Assembly: GCF_006345805.1 (NCBI RefSeq)
Contig: NC_043000.1
Span: forward strand, 50,840,001-50,904,000
Length of the DNA stretch: 64,000 bases
From: Octopus sinensis
Lineage: Eukaryota
Direction of reading: 5' to 3'
Every line of letters starts with the position of its first letter. The first letter of the stretch is position 1. Shown one piece after another: positions 51,225 to 63,944 of the stretch. A model generated the notes under the pieces. It made no database searches. It saw nothing but the letters and a program-made list of their open reading frames with translations, and was not told the origin of the DNA. The position numbers and the translations under genes are program-made.

Positions 51225-52929
51225 TATATTTTTGCTTTTTATAATATTTGAACTTAAATGAATAAATCTTAGATTATTTATGCTTATAATCCTTTTGAAG
51301 CATATATGGACAAACATAATCTGTTTATTTCATGTCATCTTTTAATCTGATCCTATGTACCTATATCATTTTGTGATATTTAATTCAAAGGAAATGTTTG
51401 AGGTTTCTTACTCAAATTTAGGAAAGAAAAGTTGTTTCAGGTGTTTATCATAGCTCCTTCAATGTTTCTATAGAGATGAGAGACTCACTAGTAAATCGGT
51501 TGAATTTTTACACCAAATATTAATTTAGATGACAAGACACAAGTCATTATGAAGAGTGTCAGTTAGTTTTATGTCAGCTTCAATATTTGTAAGAATTGTA
51601 ACCTGCTCTATGTACATGCGGATATTCTTAATCCTTCAATCAATACACATTTTGATGATTTAATAAATCAATAAAGTCTCTTCTGAATTATGATTTATTT
51701 TAATGATATTTGCTTTTATACACAATTATTTATTATGTAGAATGTCCTTTTTAGAACTTATACAAGGGGTTGGTCTTAAATTGGATTTTGCATTAAAAGT
51801 GAATATTTGATATTCACTTCATCAGATCAATCATGTTTATCGATTGAATTCTCATACATACATTCGAGATCTATTCACCTTATGTTATAAATCAAGGCAA
51901 ACACAACCAACCAATTTATTATCAAGTGTATTCTACAATTCAAAGTGATAAAAAGTATGAAGTATACAATGAATATATGTGAAAAAATTAATATGTACAG
52001 AAAATAATTTATTCACATAATCATTACATTTAGTATATACAATTGTTCACATTGGTTGTGTTGTTTTCAATCAATGATAAAAGTATCCATTATTAATGCT
52101 TCTTTCTTTCTAAACTAAATATTGAGGAATGTATGCATACTGGATGTGTATTTAAGCGTTATGAATACAGTCAGTGAACAGACAGCAATATTGTTTTGCT
52201 TACTTAGTATAACCAGTTGTAGATGACAGTGCAGATTTCCTCACCAAATTCACAGTTGGGTAGTTATAAATAGAAAGGGCATCCTGCTAAAAATTAGTTG
52301 CTTTCACAATATGCAGATACCAATTTGCAAGCATCATCCCAGTTTTAATAGCACAGAAATAAATGTGAGCAAGATTAGGATATTTTAGCTAAAAAAAAAG
52401 AGATGAATGCTTGGTATATGTTGATATGTACTTAGTATGCTTGTCTGAGTATGTTTCCATGTATATAACTTTAGCTTGCATTGTATCCTTGGGCAAGGCA
52501 TTATATATAATAATTAAGGCTCTTTATATAGTATCATATTTTATTGTAACTTATTTGTGTGTATTCAGGAAAAGTGAATGTGTCATAGAATGATGGGCAA
52601 ACTCCACTGAAGCTCTGTTTTAATAGTTTTAATTCCCAGTTGAGGAATTTTGCTTCACTTAATTTCTAGCATTAGTTGCTAACCTAAAAATCAAGAAGAG
52701 CTTAAACAGATTTATTTATCTCCTAACATAAAGCATTTTTTTGTTTCTCACCAATAACTCATTAACAGTTATAGGATATTTTATATTCTGGTTGTGCTAG
52801 GTGTGTGCTGCACACCTATCAAAAATGACAAATGGTGAGATGCTATGGATTTGTAATTAGATCTGCTGTGGCTGTTGTTGAAGTCAGGAAAGGCAACAAG
52901 TACAAATATAGTCATCCTTGTTTCCCTAG

Positions 52930-54120
52930 ATTCTTCAGTTTTTAGACACTTCCTTTCACAACCCTTTTCATATTATCTCCCCAAGGTATTGTTAATTCAT
53001 TCATCAGGTCATATTTTGTCAAATTGGGTTATGCCACAAAGTTAAAGGATTACTTTGTTATATTGCAATGTAGCTTGGGAACAGGAGTGGTTTCTTCAAA
53101 TCCAGCTGTTCCTTTTTGGCACTAGAACCAGGTATATGCCTAGTTATCAACCTTTGTTTGTTAATCCTGTGCTATGCCCCAACAACCTTATGAAAAAAGG
53201 TGCGAATTGGTGTAGGTTCTTGTTGAATTGATACTGCTGTACTGCTGTTTTAGAACATCATTAAGACTTAAAACTTGGTTATGTCGCCAAACATTTTCTG
53301 CAAAATGTGACTTGCATGCTGTCTGAACATGCTCCAAAGATGAATAACTTCCAACCCATTGACAATCAGTAATGTCACTCCTGCAGCAGCAGCCGTTCAA
53401 GAATTTGGACCTGGAGATCTCCATTTCCAGCGATTTCGAGGGCCACCTCCCAGTGGTGTCAGGCATCAATGAAGAGCTCTCGACTACAACAAGATGACCA
53501 AAGTTTTTTTTTTCCCCAAGGTCTGGGGTCTCCCACCCCTAAGCCCTAGACCATCACCTAATCACTCTGACTCGTCTTGTTGCTTAACAACAACAACAAC
53601 AGCAGCAGCTGTTCAAGAATTTGGATTTGGAGATCTCCATTTCCAGCGACTTCGAGGGCCACCTCCCAGTGGTGCCAGGTGTCAACAAAGAGCTCTCGAC
53701 TACAACAAGACGACCAAAGTTTTTTTTTCCAAGGTCTGGGGTCTCCCGCCCCTAAGCCCTAGACCATCACCTAATCACCCTTCTTACTCATCTTGTTGCT
53801 TAAAAACAACAACAGTAGCAGCAACAGCACTACCACCACTACCATCACCATCATAGGAATAATTCATGAGGATGGAATCTTATGTACACTTCTCTAAGGC
53901 AGATTGCAAATTCAACCGGCTCCATTGTCACAACACAGTATACTCCATGATAGCTTCCTTTGCTCATCTGACTCTTGGCTGCTTATGTACCTTGGCTTCT
54001 TAATCCTACAGCTTTACTTGCAGGCTCCTCTTCTTTAATATGATTGATTTCTATAATCACAATAGCTTGTCTATGAATGGAAAGAGATAGTAGATTACTT
54101 AACTAGTTCCATGCTCCATT
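52930..54120 (-). mobile_element. HERO/NeSL-like REL-endonuclease LINE fossil, split by an insertion
   Basis: Minus frames RQAIVIIEINHIKEEEPASKAVGLRSQG, MEPVEFAICLREVY, [insert], RSDITDCQWVGSYSSLEHVQTACKSHFAENVWRHNQVL, LDLKKPLLFPSYIA and ELTIPWGDNM are collinear with the HERO CCHC/RH/ELT.PW motifs as I recall them. Confidence 0.7.
53384..53853. repeat. Head-to-tail dimer of an unknown GC-rich 216-bp unit bounded by (CAA)/(CAG)/(CAC) tracts
   Basis: gttcaagaatttgga occurs at 53395 and 53611 (period 216). Units are about 93% identical and the substitutions I counted are transitions. Confidence 0.9.
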
Positions 54121-54279
54121 GTACCTAAAAATAAATATTTCAAACAGGACAATTCTTTTAAGTTAACAGTTTGGTCAAAGAAATATTATCACACTATGAT
54201 GAGGATTATAGCAATTCTGATTGTAGTTATCATATACATGCACACATACAAGCATACATACATACATTCATACAGACAT

Positions 54280-54765
54280 CATTAGACTGTGGCCATGCTG
54301 GGGCACTGCCTTGAAGAATTTTTAGTTGAATGTATCAACCCCAGTACTTAATTTTGTTAAACCTGGTGTTTATTCTATTTGTCTCATTTACTAAACTGCT
54401 AAGTTACAGGAAGTAAACATATCAGTACTGGTTGTCAAGTGGTGGTGGGACAACAAGCACAGACACAAAGATACACATGCACACACACAATGTATGTATG
54501 TATGTATGTATGTATGTATGTATGTATGTATGTATGTATGTATGTATGTATGTATATATGTATGTATGTATGTATGTATGTACGTATGTACGTACGTACG
54601 TATGTAGCTAGCTAGCTAGCTAACCCTCTTTCAGTTTCAATCTACCAAATCCACTCACAAGGCTTTGGTCAGCTCTAGGTTATAGTAGAAGACACTTGCC
54701 CAAGGTGCCATGCAACTGGACCCTGAACTATGTGGTTGGGAAGCAATATTCTTACCACACAGCCA
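54280..54765 (-). mobile_element. tRNA-SINE (21725 family) with an expanded internal microsatellite
   Basis: gtggccatgctggggcactgcc...(TATG)n...aatccactcacaaggctttggtc...gcaatattcttaccacacagcca. Confidence 0.8.
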
Positions 54766-54849
54766 TGCATACATATGTATGTTCTTTTATTCATGCACAC
54801 ATACATGTGTGTGTGCATATATATATATATATATAAGATGATATCTAAA

Positions 54850-54882
<33 letters not shown>

Positions 54883-57028
54883 CACACATGTTGGAAGAGG
54901 TGTTTTCTGTTGATATTACTGGTGTTCACTGGTCATCATCATTGTCATCATCATCATCACCATTTAATATCCATTACCCATGCTTGTACAGGATGGACAG
55001 TTTGACAGTTTCTGACAAGCCAAGCCATAAGATGATATCTAAAATTTTGCTAAATAACCAATTATATGTAAAGTGATTCTGTTTACATTTTTTAACTTTC
55101 TCTAATTTCTCTTCTTTCGAGTAATTTTGAAATTTCAACTAAATTATTATTTCAAAAATTTATTTTAAGCTCTCTAGGACATAAAGCAAACAGGGTCTTA
55201 ACAGCATTTAGAAAATAAAAATAAACATTAAACAAAATTGACACCTGAATAAAAACAAAAAACAAGTATTATTTAATAAAATAGTTAATTTTCTTTCCTT
55301 TTTTATTAGCAAATAACACTTCATAGAATCAAATAATGTCTCCATCTCTTTTTCTGTCCCCATCTTTGTTTTTTTAATTCCAGTTTGGAAAATTTCATTT
55401 TACACACTAGGGATCACTATTAAAATTTTAATAAAAATCCCTGATATTATACTTTAGAAATTTAATACATTAAAAAAAATTTACACATTTTTTTTATAAT
55501 TGTAACATAAAATTCTTTCCAACATTCAGGTATAATTTTACTTCTTGATTTTTTTCCCTTTTGTAACTGATAAACTAATGAGTCAAAATTTCCTCATATC
55601 CTCATTCTTTCATTTGCTTATTTTGTTCTGTGGCTCTCTTTCCTAAAAAAAATGGTATAAAGAAAAGAAAGTAGAAGTAAAAATAATGGCAATATAATTA
55701 GTACATACATCATATCTATGTTTGTGTGTGCATGTGCACTCATGCATGCATAGATATATTCATTGTAGCACATGTTTATATGTGTTAAACATTTGAACCA
55801 TAAAAGCTTACATTATACCTAAGGTCCAACTATTTGTCCTCTCTTGTAAGAAGTCTAACTATATATGTTGATATTCATTTCGTTTGTTTTAGCTTAGTCA
55901 TTTTCAATGTTATCTTTATAATACAATAAAAACATCCTTTTCTTTCCTTTGTCCTTACTGCTTGGCAAAATTGATAAGTAGCTTAAGATACAGAGTTTTA
56001 AGATCTACCTAACATGTTATCCTTTACTCCATACAATTTCTCGCTGTAAATCCTATTGTCATTTGTAATTTGATGTTTGTGACATAAATTATGAAGTTAA
56101 ATCTTGCTCTTTTCAAATGATTGGACTGATCTGTACCACAGATAATTATTTGGATTTCAGTAATATTTGTAATCTTGGGCAATAAAGAAATAAATAATAT
56201 TTATAATCTACAAGCAAACTTATTATTCTGGTTGATACTATAATGAAAGTTTGTTTTACTCCTATTATTTTCAGTAGATAAATTAATGTGAGCAAGCATC
56301 ATTGTATTAAGGATCTTAAATGCCATTCTTTCTTTACAGATTCTTTAGATTAAAATTAATCTCACTTTGATTTCAGTCCACAATCTTGCTTTCATTCCTG
56401 GTTGCAGATATTTTTCTTTGGTAGCATTGCTAAAGTCCTTGTAAATGACAAATATCATTACTTAAATTTCTATATCCCTGATGTCACTAGGGATAATCAC
56501 ATATTAATAGATAGTGTTGGTCAGGAACAGTCAAGCAGAAAATACTGACTTTTGATGTTATTTCATTAGTGTATGAAATAAATTAATAGTTTATCAGTTT
56601 TTACTTCTGCTCCATTCATTTCTAAGTTTTGGACTGCTGTAATGTTGCTAAAGTAGTGATATGCTCATAAAATATTTAGACTAATTACATTTTCATTCAT
56701 TTTCATTATGAGAGATTGTATTATCATAATAAAATGTGCGAGTACTATCTTTTGGTTAAATACCAGAACAAATTTTTTCTCTCTATTCTGTTACTTAATA
56801 TTAATAGTTTAGACACGGAATTATTTTTGTTTGCGCTGGACATTCAACTGGTGACTCTTTGTTAAGTTTTCTTAACAAAGAAAGACTACAAAATGCTTAT
56901 TCTAACTATGCACTATAGACAAAACTCAAGTTTGTTATGCATTTTTCCTTTTCCAACAGTAAAAGAGGCTTAAGTACATACTTTGTTTCTTGTATTTCTT
57001 AGATTCTGTTAAAATCATTACCGAGATA

Positions 57029-57559
57029 GCAGTAGTAGTAATTTCGACCGTGGTCGAGACAATGGAATTTACTATGCTACGCCAGACTTCATGGTCCATC
57101 ATAGCATTACGGAGGTCCTGTTGCTGGATGCCTGTATCCCTGGAGATTACATCAGGGTAGGAGAATGTGTGTCCTCTGGTAACGTTTTCAGCTCTACAAC
57201 AATGTCCAGCAAACTGAACTCTCCTATCTTTCACAAGAGATGATACATGTGGTAGTTTCCCATATATTTGTACTTTGGTTGGATGACGCTTCCACGAGAG
57301 ATTTTGAGCTCTCACAAGGAGGCGAGTGTAAGTTCCATCCAACCACCTCTTAAGCTTCTTTGATAACGTCCAGGTTTCTGAGCCATATAGTAGAATTGGT
57401 TCGACTGTGGCTTTGAAGATTTTAAGTTTGAAATCTCTACTTAGATTTGATGACCAGATTTTATGCGTATTATTACAGGCTGACCAGGCCATACCCTTTC
57501 TAGTTAGAAAATCTTTTCCAGATGATGATATGTATGACCCAAGATATTTGTAATCAGAA
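57029..57559 (-). mobile_element. Young 5'-truncated RTE LINE with 9-bp TSD
   Basis: TSD ACCGAGATA at 57020-57028 and 57560-57568. Stop-free frame DYKYLGSYISSSGKDFLTRKGMAWSAC..IWSSNLSRDFKLKIFKATVEPILLYGSETWT..FAGHC..YPDVISRDTG..WRSIV; (TAC)n tail. Confidence 0.92.
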
Positions 57560-57569
57560 ACCGAGATAT

Positions 57570-58069
57570 TTTTGCTGCTATATATTAAATGAGCAAAACG
57601 CCCCCCCCTCCAATGGACGGTGCTGAATAAAACGCAATCAGTGTTTTCTTTTAATTAAAAAATAATTAAGCATGCCTTTTATTTCATTAAAAGTTTTGGT
57701 TTTGTTAAATGAAGTTAAGGCAAAAAAAAATCTTCTTGAGAAACCAAATAGTCTTTCCTTCCTTCATGCCAAGTTTGAAGAAAATATCTTTTTTGCATCT
57801 TACTTTTTTTGTCTTTTAAATATACTGCATTTTGTGGCATTTCAAGCCAGCTGGCTTTTTTTGCACAAACTGCACGTACATTTTTCTCACGTATGCGTAG
57901 TATCGATCGCAACAGCTGATGTACTTGCACATACAAATGCATGTTCCCATGGCTTTATCGATTGCATTCTCACCTGGAATCGATTTTTGTAATTTTTTCA
58001 AGACTATATACATGTCCTACATATAAAATTTGAGTGCAATCACATGGAGGATGCCCGAGATCCTAGAAG

Positions 58070-58125
<56 letters not shown>

Positions 58126-58146
58126 TGGATTTTATATAATAGATAT
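57570..58146 (+). mobile_element. Probable second Helentron/DINE-like family (3' part)
   Basis: CpG-rich block ending cctagaagacatac(CA)n..cagaatggattttatataatagat, the same terminal architecture as the 30358 element; 5' end not located. Confidence 0.45.
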
Positions 58147-59864
58147 ATCTTATGGCACCAGTCTCAGAATCAGTGCAATCATTTGTTGTAATAGAATTTT
58201 GTCAGGATTTGGTCTTAGCTGAAAATGATTTACCTGCCATCTGTATGTATATTTAATTTCTGATAGATTGATTTAAGCAGGCTAGATGTTTTTGAATATA
58301 AAGCAGAAAAATTGAAGGTAGGATGACATTTTATTCACTTGTTATGATTCATTAACATAGGCATAAATCATGCTAAAATTTAATGTGGAAATGAAGAGAC
58401 AGGGCAGAATATATCAATCATATTCCTTATTATGGAGAATGAAAATCTAGTTTGTCTTTTTTGAGACAGTTGTCTACAACTTTCATTTATAATGATACAT
58501 TTAGTTTGTGAATGTAAGGGAATATGAAGACTATATATTTACCTTGGACTTAATGCAGCATCTAATTCCATATACCACTTCTTGCAATTATTTAGATATC
58601 ATTTTTTATGAAGATATAGGTAGAGTATACCATCGGTAAGATTGAGAGAAATATATACATAAAAATTGCAATATGGATGGTTTCCAATTGAATCAAACAA
58701 TTAAATTTTATGCTAAGCAATTCTTGATTTAGCCTTGTTAATATGAGAAATTTCAAATTAAGTCAGTTAAGCATTTTCAATATTGCATAATTTTATCATT
58801 TTTGTTATGTATTAAGAGGCTCCCTATGGCAAGATCAGTCAAATTAAGATAAAACAGAAAAGAAATTTGTAAGATTGAAAGATCTATGGAGAATTACTGC
58901 TAATCTGTTAATAAACTAATAATTTGATACACTTGATAATATTTGTAAAATATAAAATATTGCTTGAATAATTTATAAATAGTAAAACGGTGAATTGTGA
59001 TGATTTTTGATTTATTTATTGATAGTTTTATTCATATCACGATGGTACCAATAGTAACAGAAGCAGGTTACCCCACTAAAAATCTTTCCTTTATGTCATT
59101 CTTCTCTAACATTTAAGTGTGACTTTAACTTTTATAACTTTGGGGTCAGTTAAATAATACGTAGTTATATAGTAGCATAGAATCAGCTGATTATATCTCT
59201 TTCTTAGAAAATTTGTGGATTTGCATTAATGTAAGATAACATTAGTGCTCCTGATATTGTTCCATGAAGAAACTCTAACTCAAATATATAAAATAGTACA
59301 CAAGGAGATTATACAGAAAGCAGTAAAATAATAAAATAACTCCAAATTTGCAGGAAAAGGCAAGTAGAAACAGCTTTAAATGGAATTCACATTAATATGA
59401 AAATTCCAAATATAATCTCACTCCCAAGGGAGAAATGTAAGAAAATCAGGAAGCCCATAAAAACATCTACCAGTGATATTCTAAAGAATAATAAACATCC
59501 TTAATCACTTAAACAATTCAAGAAAATGCAAATATACAATATGTATTTGCTTCTGATGATACCATGACCTATAATATCATTATTCATCATTTAAAGACAA
59601 TCTAAGAATTTAACCTTTTGAGAAAATGTATGCATTCTGAATCAATTACACATGATTTCAGTCAATTAAGCAATGTAGAAGAATAAATATTTTGTGATAC
59701 TATTCTTTAAAAAAAATCTGAAAGAATAAACAGAAAGGAAAAATTATCACATAGCAGTTACTGATCAATTAATTTCTTTTTCTAAATGCTTCAGGAAAAA
59801 TACTTTTTTAATGGAGGTGTTATATGTCTAGTAGATTCTGGAGAAACAAAGTGTTTATATAGTT

Positions 59865-60165
59865 ATCAAAGTGTGGTTGTGTAATTAAGAAGCTTGTCTC
59901 CAAACCATGTGACCTTGGGTTCAGTCCCAATGTGAGGTACATTGGGCAAGTGTTTGCATATGTGCATGCATGTGTGTTTGTGAAGGGGTCACTCTGTGTT
60001 TGTCCCCCACCATTGCTTGACAACCTGTGTTAGTTTGTTTATTTCCTCGTAACTTTGCGGTTCCACAAAAAAGACCCATAGAATAAGTACCAGGTTTAAA
60101 AAAATAAGTACTCATGGTTGTGCCCTAGCATGACCACAACCCAATGTCTGAAACAAGTGAGAGAT
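59865..60165 (+). mobile_element. tRNA-SINE (21725 family, core deleted)
   Basis: gtggttgtgtaattaagaagcttgtctccaaaccatg...gggttcagtccca...ccattgcttgacaacc...gccctagcatgaccacaacc. Confidence 0.7.
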
Positions 60166-60639
60166 AAAAGTATAGATTAACTAGTATAATATTTATAGTG
60201 TGGCCTACTAAAAATAGCAGCCAAATCTCTGTCATCAGACTTTACAAATGAATCCAAGATAATCTAGGCTTTAAATAAATTTTACCTTAAACTGAGTGGG
60301 TGATCATGACTTGAACAATTTTAATCATGAATCTGCTTGATTGGGGTTAACTTTAGGCTAAATGCCCTTCAGTATTTATTTCTGTCTCTTGTTGCTTTTG
60401 AGTTTAATCCCTTTGATGTGGATAAAATAAGTTTGAAGCTTGCTTTTAGTGTGATATTTCATAATTCTTAGATCTTTTAAAAAATTAATAATTTTGGAGG
60501 AATATAAATCTATGTATGAAATGTATAAAATGGTGATTATGTTCATAATGATATGTAGGGGCTATTTGTGTGTACTAGTATGTATATATATATGTGTGTG
60601 TAGTGTGTCTGTGTATATATGTGTGTTTGTGTATATATG

Positions 60640-62105
60640 TATCATCATCAGCATCATCATTGTTTAATGTCTTTGCTGGTAATAGTTGAATGGTTCAACA
60701 GGAATCGATGAAGCACAGTACCGCTTGAAGCTCCAATCTCTGTTTTGGCATGGTTTCTAGAGCTGGATGCCATTCCAAATGCCAATCACTTTACTGAGTG
60801 TACCGAGTTCTTTTTTCATGTCACCAAGTAATTCCCAACACAAGATCATTCACCTGTGTGAAGTGTAGCAATGGAGAAGGTGGCTTTATGCCTGGATTTG
60901 AGAGGTTTAAGTACAATAGAGGAGCAGGAGCAGGTAGGTGTCTTGCTGAGAAGGAGATACATAGCTTCCCCAGTTGGAAAGAGAGAAAATAAATGGTAAA
61001 GGTATACTCTCAAGGTTCAAGGTGAATATAAGAGAGAGAATAAGGATAGAGGATCTGAAAGAGTGGATTGATTGGTAAGTTTGTGAGAGTGTGAAAGGAG
61101 AGTGCCAGATGATTACAGATGGGGATTGAGTGGTTCCTTAGAACAGTGACAGAGGGATGAGTGTTAGAAGATGTTTTGGGGAAGGCTTGAGAGGACCTCA
61201 TTTTTGTTGAGACAGACAGGTCTTCTCTAGTTCATCATATTACTAATTATCTCAGTTTTTTGTTACCCCTTATGTAAGGCTCAACTTCTTGAAGTTGGTC
61301 TTCACCATTTCATCTCAGATCTTCCTAGATCACCCTCCTCGATTAGGTTTTGTCCACATTTATGCAGTTATCCTCATTCATCCATGTCACATGACCAATA
61401 TCAATGCAATCTTCTTTCTTGCCCTTCACATTTGATGCTGCTTATTCTCAGTTTTTCTCTCAATATATTTTTACATTGCCATACATGCACACTGACAACC
61501 ACATTTAACAGAGCATGCTAGCTTCTTTTCTATCTAACCTTCACATGTCTTCTGCATTCATGGTTCAAGTTTCCCAGCCATGTAGCATTGTTGTTCATTC
61601 AAAAACATCATAAATCTGCCTTTCTCAGAGAGAAACAGGTGAGGGAGAGAAAGAGAGAGAAATGTCTTTTGTTACCTATAGAAGTAATAGCTCTCTGAAC
61701 ATTCTCCAGTTGGTTCTTATTCCAGCAGCTCTACTTTCAGAATTAAGCCTTCTATGTGGCAGAAACTGTCTTCACCTCCAAGGATCCTCCTGGGTTTCTA
61801 GCTCTCAGTAGGTTATCCTGTGAGATCTTTCAGTTGATCTCTGTTATATGTCTATAAGTATCTGACTGTTCAGTGGATGTTTTAACTTCCTTTCCCAGGG
61901 TGGTTTGTGTCTCAGAGCCAGTAGCTGTAAGTCTGAAGTCACTATCTGCTAACATATGTTAGGTTCTACATTCTTCCCCCGGGAAGGATTTTGCACTCAC
62001 AAAGTCCTTCCTGGGCAAGGAACATACAACCTGGTTTGTCTGTCCACTAGATTGCTAGGTGATCAGACATCTGGTTGGTTTCTTGAAGTTAGTGTTGCAC
62101 CTCAA
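60640..62105 (-). mobile_element. Internally deleted RTE LINE with 3' UTR
   Basis: Minus frames show an endonuclease end (NTNFKKP..LIT.QS...QI...), DNLLRA joined to NPGGSLEV.D.FC, then HG.ETWTMNAED..RL.R.E.SML, LREKL.I and GHV..MNED.C; 3' UTR ends in (GAT)n near 60645. Confidence 0.8.
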
Positions 62106-63192
62106 CATTTGCATCAGAAAAGAATACTAGGTGTTTGTTATTAAGGTGAGAGAAAAAGATGGAATAGGCTAGATTCATATGCAACACTATTTTCAATTAG
62201 TGAGTTACCTGTCCTGAGGCCTGAGTAAAATTCTTTATTCAAAATTTGTTATTAATGTGGTGGGAAATGCATGTATGCATTCTGACTTTTTCTTCTATAA
62301 TTGAAAAATTCTGAATCTACTTGAGAAGCTGTTATTTAGCAAGTATGTTCTGAGTGTTGGACTGGTTGGTATTTCTTATCCAGGCAATACTTGACAATTT
62401 CAACTGCAGATTGCTATAGGATCAATATTTGTTTACACCTAAGAGATTATTTCAAAACCATGGGCTAAGTCAGAATATTTATGACTTATGTGGGAATTAG
62501 GAATTGAGTGACAGAAAATGAGTATAATCAGAAGTCAGAATTGGATCATAATCTAGACAAATGCCATAAATTGCAATGGAAAATACTCTTCAAATCAATA
62601 TTCCACACAGTATTGTCAATAAATCACTTGTTTTTGATATGCTATCTTTATGGTCTAGTGTCCCAAAATGAGATTTCAAATCAACAGCTCTAACTTTGAT
62701 ATTTTTTCAACAAATCAAAGATAAAACTGAGAACTTCATCCTATTTGATGCAGCATTGATTTGTTCTGAATACAATATTATCCCTGACAAAATGTTTTGT
62801 TCCCTATATTTTAAGATATCTTTCAAATGCCTTTACTTTTTTGTTGTTGTAGACTTTAAAAAGTAACTGAACATTTTCAGAGAAGTGTACCCATGGTTTT
62901 AAACTGATAAACGTCCACAGTGTTTCTGTTTATTTAATATTCTTTGTAATATCTATAAAGATAAAATTTATACATAGAATTTATTGTTTAAAGCTCTTCT
63001 CAAGTTTAACTTATAATGTTTTAATACAATTCTGTCATTCTGCCGTATAACACATCAAACAACTTTGTTGCAGTTAGCCTAACTAGTAAGAACCAGATAA
63101 TCTGGTATAGTATAGATAGTTGAATATATCTGTTGCCTGATTTATAATGTGGAACTAAAGTTAGTCCTCTAGAGACTAAGACAGGGAACATG

Positions 63193-63790
63193 CAGCTCCG
63201 TTGTGTGACTTTTAGAGGCCCCCTGCAACTTTTTGTTTTGAGGCCCCTGCCTTTCAATCAAAATTTGTAACCTAACGCATCTTTTATTCATAGCTATATT
63301 TTACTTATTCTATCTGATGTTCAGTATTTCATATTTTCATAAAGGACATCTTTAAATTACAAGTTAAACTTATTTAGGTCTATTCCAAATTTCAATAAGT
63401 AAAACTTCCAGATATGAATAAAAGAGCATTTTCATAATCCAGGCAACTTTCAAAGACAAACATGACGCACTTTTCACTTCATGAAATCATTGATCAGTTC
63501 AGAATAATCAAGCTGAGAGCTAAGTTCATGTTCAACAGATATCATAGACAATCTACCAAGTCTGGTACATGTTCATGGTACAATGTAATATTTTTACAAG
63601 AACTTTTGCAGGTACAATGTATTACCATTTTATTTTTGAAATTTTCAGTTAACATAGTTTAATTTTTGTTCAATATCTTAACCAAAATAAATAGATGACT
63701 CATTTATGTACTTTGATCTTAACATGGGGCCCCTCGGCCATGGAGGACCCCTGTGACTGCAGGGATTGTAGGGGTTTAGCAATGGCCCTG
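63193..63790 (+). mobile_element. Non-autonomous hAT element with 8-bp TSD
   Basis: TSD GGAACATG at 63185-63192 and 63791-63798; imperfect TIR CAGCTCCGTT / CAGGGCCATT; internal HEIIDQFRIIKLRAK resembles the end of the hAT dimerisation domain. Confidence 0.75.
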
Positions 63791-63944
63791 GGAACATGTT
63801 GCCTATTTTATTACTTTTTAATATGTCATTTTACATGATTGCATCATACTTTCAGTATGTGATCCAGAACTGATATTTCGGTTGGAAATATGAAATAATA
63901 CTCATAATACTTCTTTCAAGGGTTTACATAGAACAAGGTCCAGA

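Noticed and set aside
51797-51819. Perfect 10-11 bp hairpins (also 56856-56881)
   Set aside because: About one such AT-rich hairpin is expected by chance in 64 kb, and there is no terminal context.
53700-53770. HDV-like ribozyme in the 216-bp unit
   Set aside because: A P1-like stem exists, but the P1.1 GG, L3 and J4/2 elements could not be placed on either strand.
62568-62860. ~95-codon frame with one in-frame TGA (possible selenocysteine or readthrough)
   Set aside because: No homology, no SECIS seen and no splice context; compatible with chance.
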